64,000 nucleotides of DNA, taken from Squalus acanthias. Lineage: Eukaryota. Position numbers and translations under genes: made by a program. The stretch lies in assembly GCA_030390025.1 (NCBI GenBank), contig CM059435.1, positions 93,248,001 to 93,312,000 on the forward strand, in the 5' to 3' direction. Under the pieces are notes generated by a model. That model had not been told where the DNA came from. It ran no database searches and saw only the letters and a list, made by a program, of their open reading frames with translations. Below are positions 61,638 to 64,000 of the stretch, piece after piece. How positions within the stretch are numbered: the first letter of the stretch is position 1; every line of letters begins with the position of its first letter.

Positions 61638-64000
61638 ATATGAAGCTCTGCTCCATGAGCACTAAAGATGAAAATTTACCACTATATGTTGCTCTGCATG
61701 TTCTAAGGTGCTGTCTGTCAGTTTACGGATTATTCTTTCACACATTTTCTTTTTTTCTGGATGCTGCTGTCATTAAAATATTTATGCCATCGGTCGTTTC
61801 AAAAATTACATTTATTTATTGTGCAACAATGTTGAAAATGCAAACGATGTCCAATTTCATTCAGAACATTACAGAACTGAAATATAATGGAACTTCTGAA
61901 TTTGTCATTATTTCTCCATGTTTCATCATACAATAGGTTTCAGCACTCATTAATATTAGAAGTTCTGTACAGTATACAAAAACACTAACCATATTGATTT
62001 AAGTGTATTAGTGTTAAGAAAGCTTGGTCCACATATTACTTGTAGCAATAATAGCATCAGGCTTAGAAATATTAGAAAATGACCAATTTGAAATAGTCCA
62101 CTAATAATTGGCTTAGTTGGTGTTGAATTAAACTTCATCACAAATGCAATATGGCATGAATACCAACAAAATTAGTTTTTAACGCAGACTGCTGCTTTCC
62201 ACTGTCTTAAAAATGATTGAGACTCCGAAAACAAGGCCACACATTGTTTAGGTTAAGAAAATCCTTATGAGCTATTAGTTTGATGCATGTGAAGTGCAGT
62301 CTCTAATTTGTCCCACTATCTAATTTACACACCAGTTTTCACTGGCTAAAAGTAGATGGAGCTGGGATTCATTATTTTAAAGACAGATAATTGTCATTGC
62401 TGGTGATATGGCTAATATCATGATTTTACTTATTTATCATGTATTTATTTTTAATTATAAGCAGAGTAGTACTCCAGGTACCCTGGCAGGACTGTCATTT
62501 TCAACATGGGCAAGCCGAGCAAACTATGCTGCCACCCACCTTCAGCTTGATCCCCTTTTATAGGCTGACTACTGGACAGTGACAGATGCAATAAGCTCAC
62601 TTTCTGCTTTTCACTCAGCTGATCTTGAGAGGCACAAAACAAAATGGTTGAGAGAGGCGCTGGAGCAAGCAGTTCTAACAAAAATATATTTAAAGTTTTT
62701 TTAAAAAACAAAAGAATTCTCTAGAGTGTTGAGGGTGCAATATATGTTTTGTTATATAAATAAATGTATACCGCTGCTTTAAACACAGGTACCAGTCTCC
62801 AGGCAGAGAAGGAGATCCTGTAACAGGATCATATTTACTGTAAAACAGGCAGATGAGATGATTAGGCTTACACTCGTCTGTTCTGAGCCAGTTAGGCTTT
62901 GCCTGTGGGGGTGGATGTCAGCAGAATGGAAATATAAAATCAGTAGTTTAGAATTGAGGGGAAGTAATTTTCTGGATTGAAGAGGTGAAGAACTGCCACA
63001 CTTCTGCCAAGTTGTAACCAGTTCAATTATAAGCCTGGCAATGAACACCTCTCTCTGTAGGGGTGGAGAGGGGGAGTAATAGAGGAGGAGGATCACAGTT
63101 GATAACTTTCATGCTAGAGAAAGAGTTATTTACTCTCTGCTATGAGGTTGAAGTGCAGTATACAATTGTCTTTTTCCTCCTCTCTGTTTTCCCCCATGTC
63201 CATTTTCACAACTTTTAACATCCAAATTCATAATGCAAGGGTCAGGTAAACTCATTCTTCCTTTCCATTCTTCACATTAAAATATGTATACAATATTTAT
63301 GTAGTTATAGTCACAAAATATTTGGAAAAAATAAGTGATTTCTGCAGACAGCTCATTTAAAAATGGTACAGCAGTTCCAGTGTTTCCAATATTGCAATGC
63401 ATTGTATGATTAAACAGTGTGTTTCTTAGCCTAATAGCAATTAAGTTAGAAGTATTTATCAAAAGAAAGCTTCACAGAAGTGTTTCCATGACAACCTCCA
63501 TGTTAGTTAAGGCCATGACAGGTGATCAACAGTTTATATTTTTTCTTTTGTGAAGATTAGATTTGTGCTGACAGTTTTGGCTTTAATAGCACTTTTATAC
63601 TATGTGAAAGTATTTGTTTACTAGATCATATGCTGTTAGCTGTCAACTGCAGATAGATTAGCTGCTTTGATAAAAGAATGGATTGAGGCGCTGTGTTCAT
63701 CATTAACACTACAGTGAAATAAAATTGCTAAAAATACACCTGACTTTAAGAAGCAGATTTACTTAAACAGAAGCTGAAATCACCTGATTTAAATAATATT
63801 TTTCTAATTTCTATATATTTGCAGGTTAAAGAGTATCTACAGAAATGGACATCTATATTTATAATTTTTATTAGTGACTAGAATCATGGGCTTTGTTCGT
63901 TTTTTTTAATCAAATATTTCTGCAGTGCAGAACGCACTTTGGCCTTTTAAAAAAAAATGACAGGCAAACTGATGTTGAATTGAGTTATTTATTGAAGATG

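Noticed and set aside
1-64000. CRISPR arrays, rRNA/tRNA genes, prokaryotic operons
   Set aside because: None seen. The sequence is vertebrate-type repeat-rich DNA, and most short ORFs are spurious.

Overview
Eukaryotic genomic DNA, most likely from a cartilaginous fish (shark). This is inferred from the repeat complement: CR1 LINEs, Deu-domain SINEs, Penelope pLTR hairpins and many Harbinger families. I found no recognisable host protein-coding exon. A block at ~7.1-16.6 kb lacks transposons and retains CpG. It contains a probable promoter and non-coding first exon (+ strand, donor at 15473), so the rest is probably a large intron. That intron holds a near-complete Harbinger transposon (43367-48086; DDE nuclease plus convergent spliced Myb/SANT gene) and several non-autonomous Harbingers, including twin MITEs. 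It also holds a Mag-like Gypsy LTR element (50381-58941) with a Penelope fragment, LINEs and a solo LTR nested inside. The most notable patterns are hammerhead-ribozyme cores in the Penelope termini and a CRE palindrome at a near-constant ~165-175 bp from the TIR in diverged Harbinger families. All calls were made by eye, without database searches.
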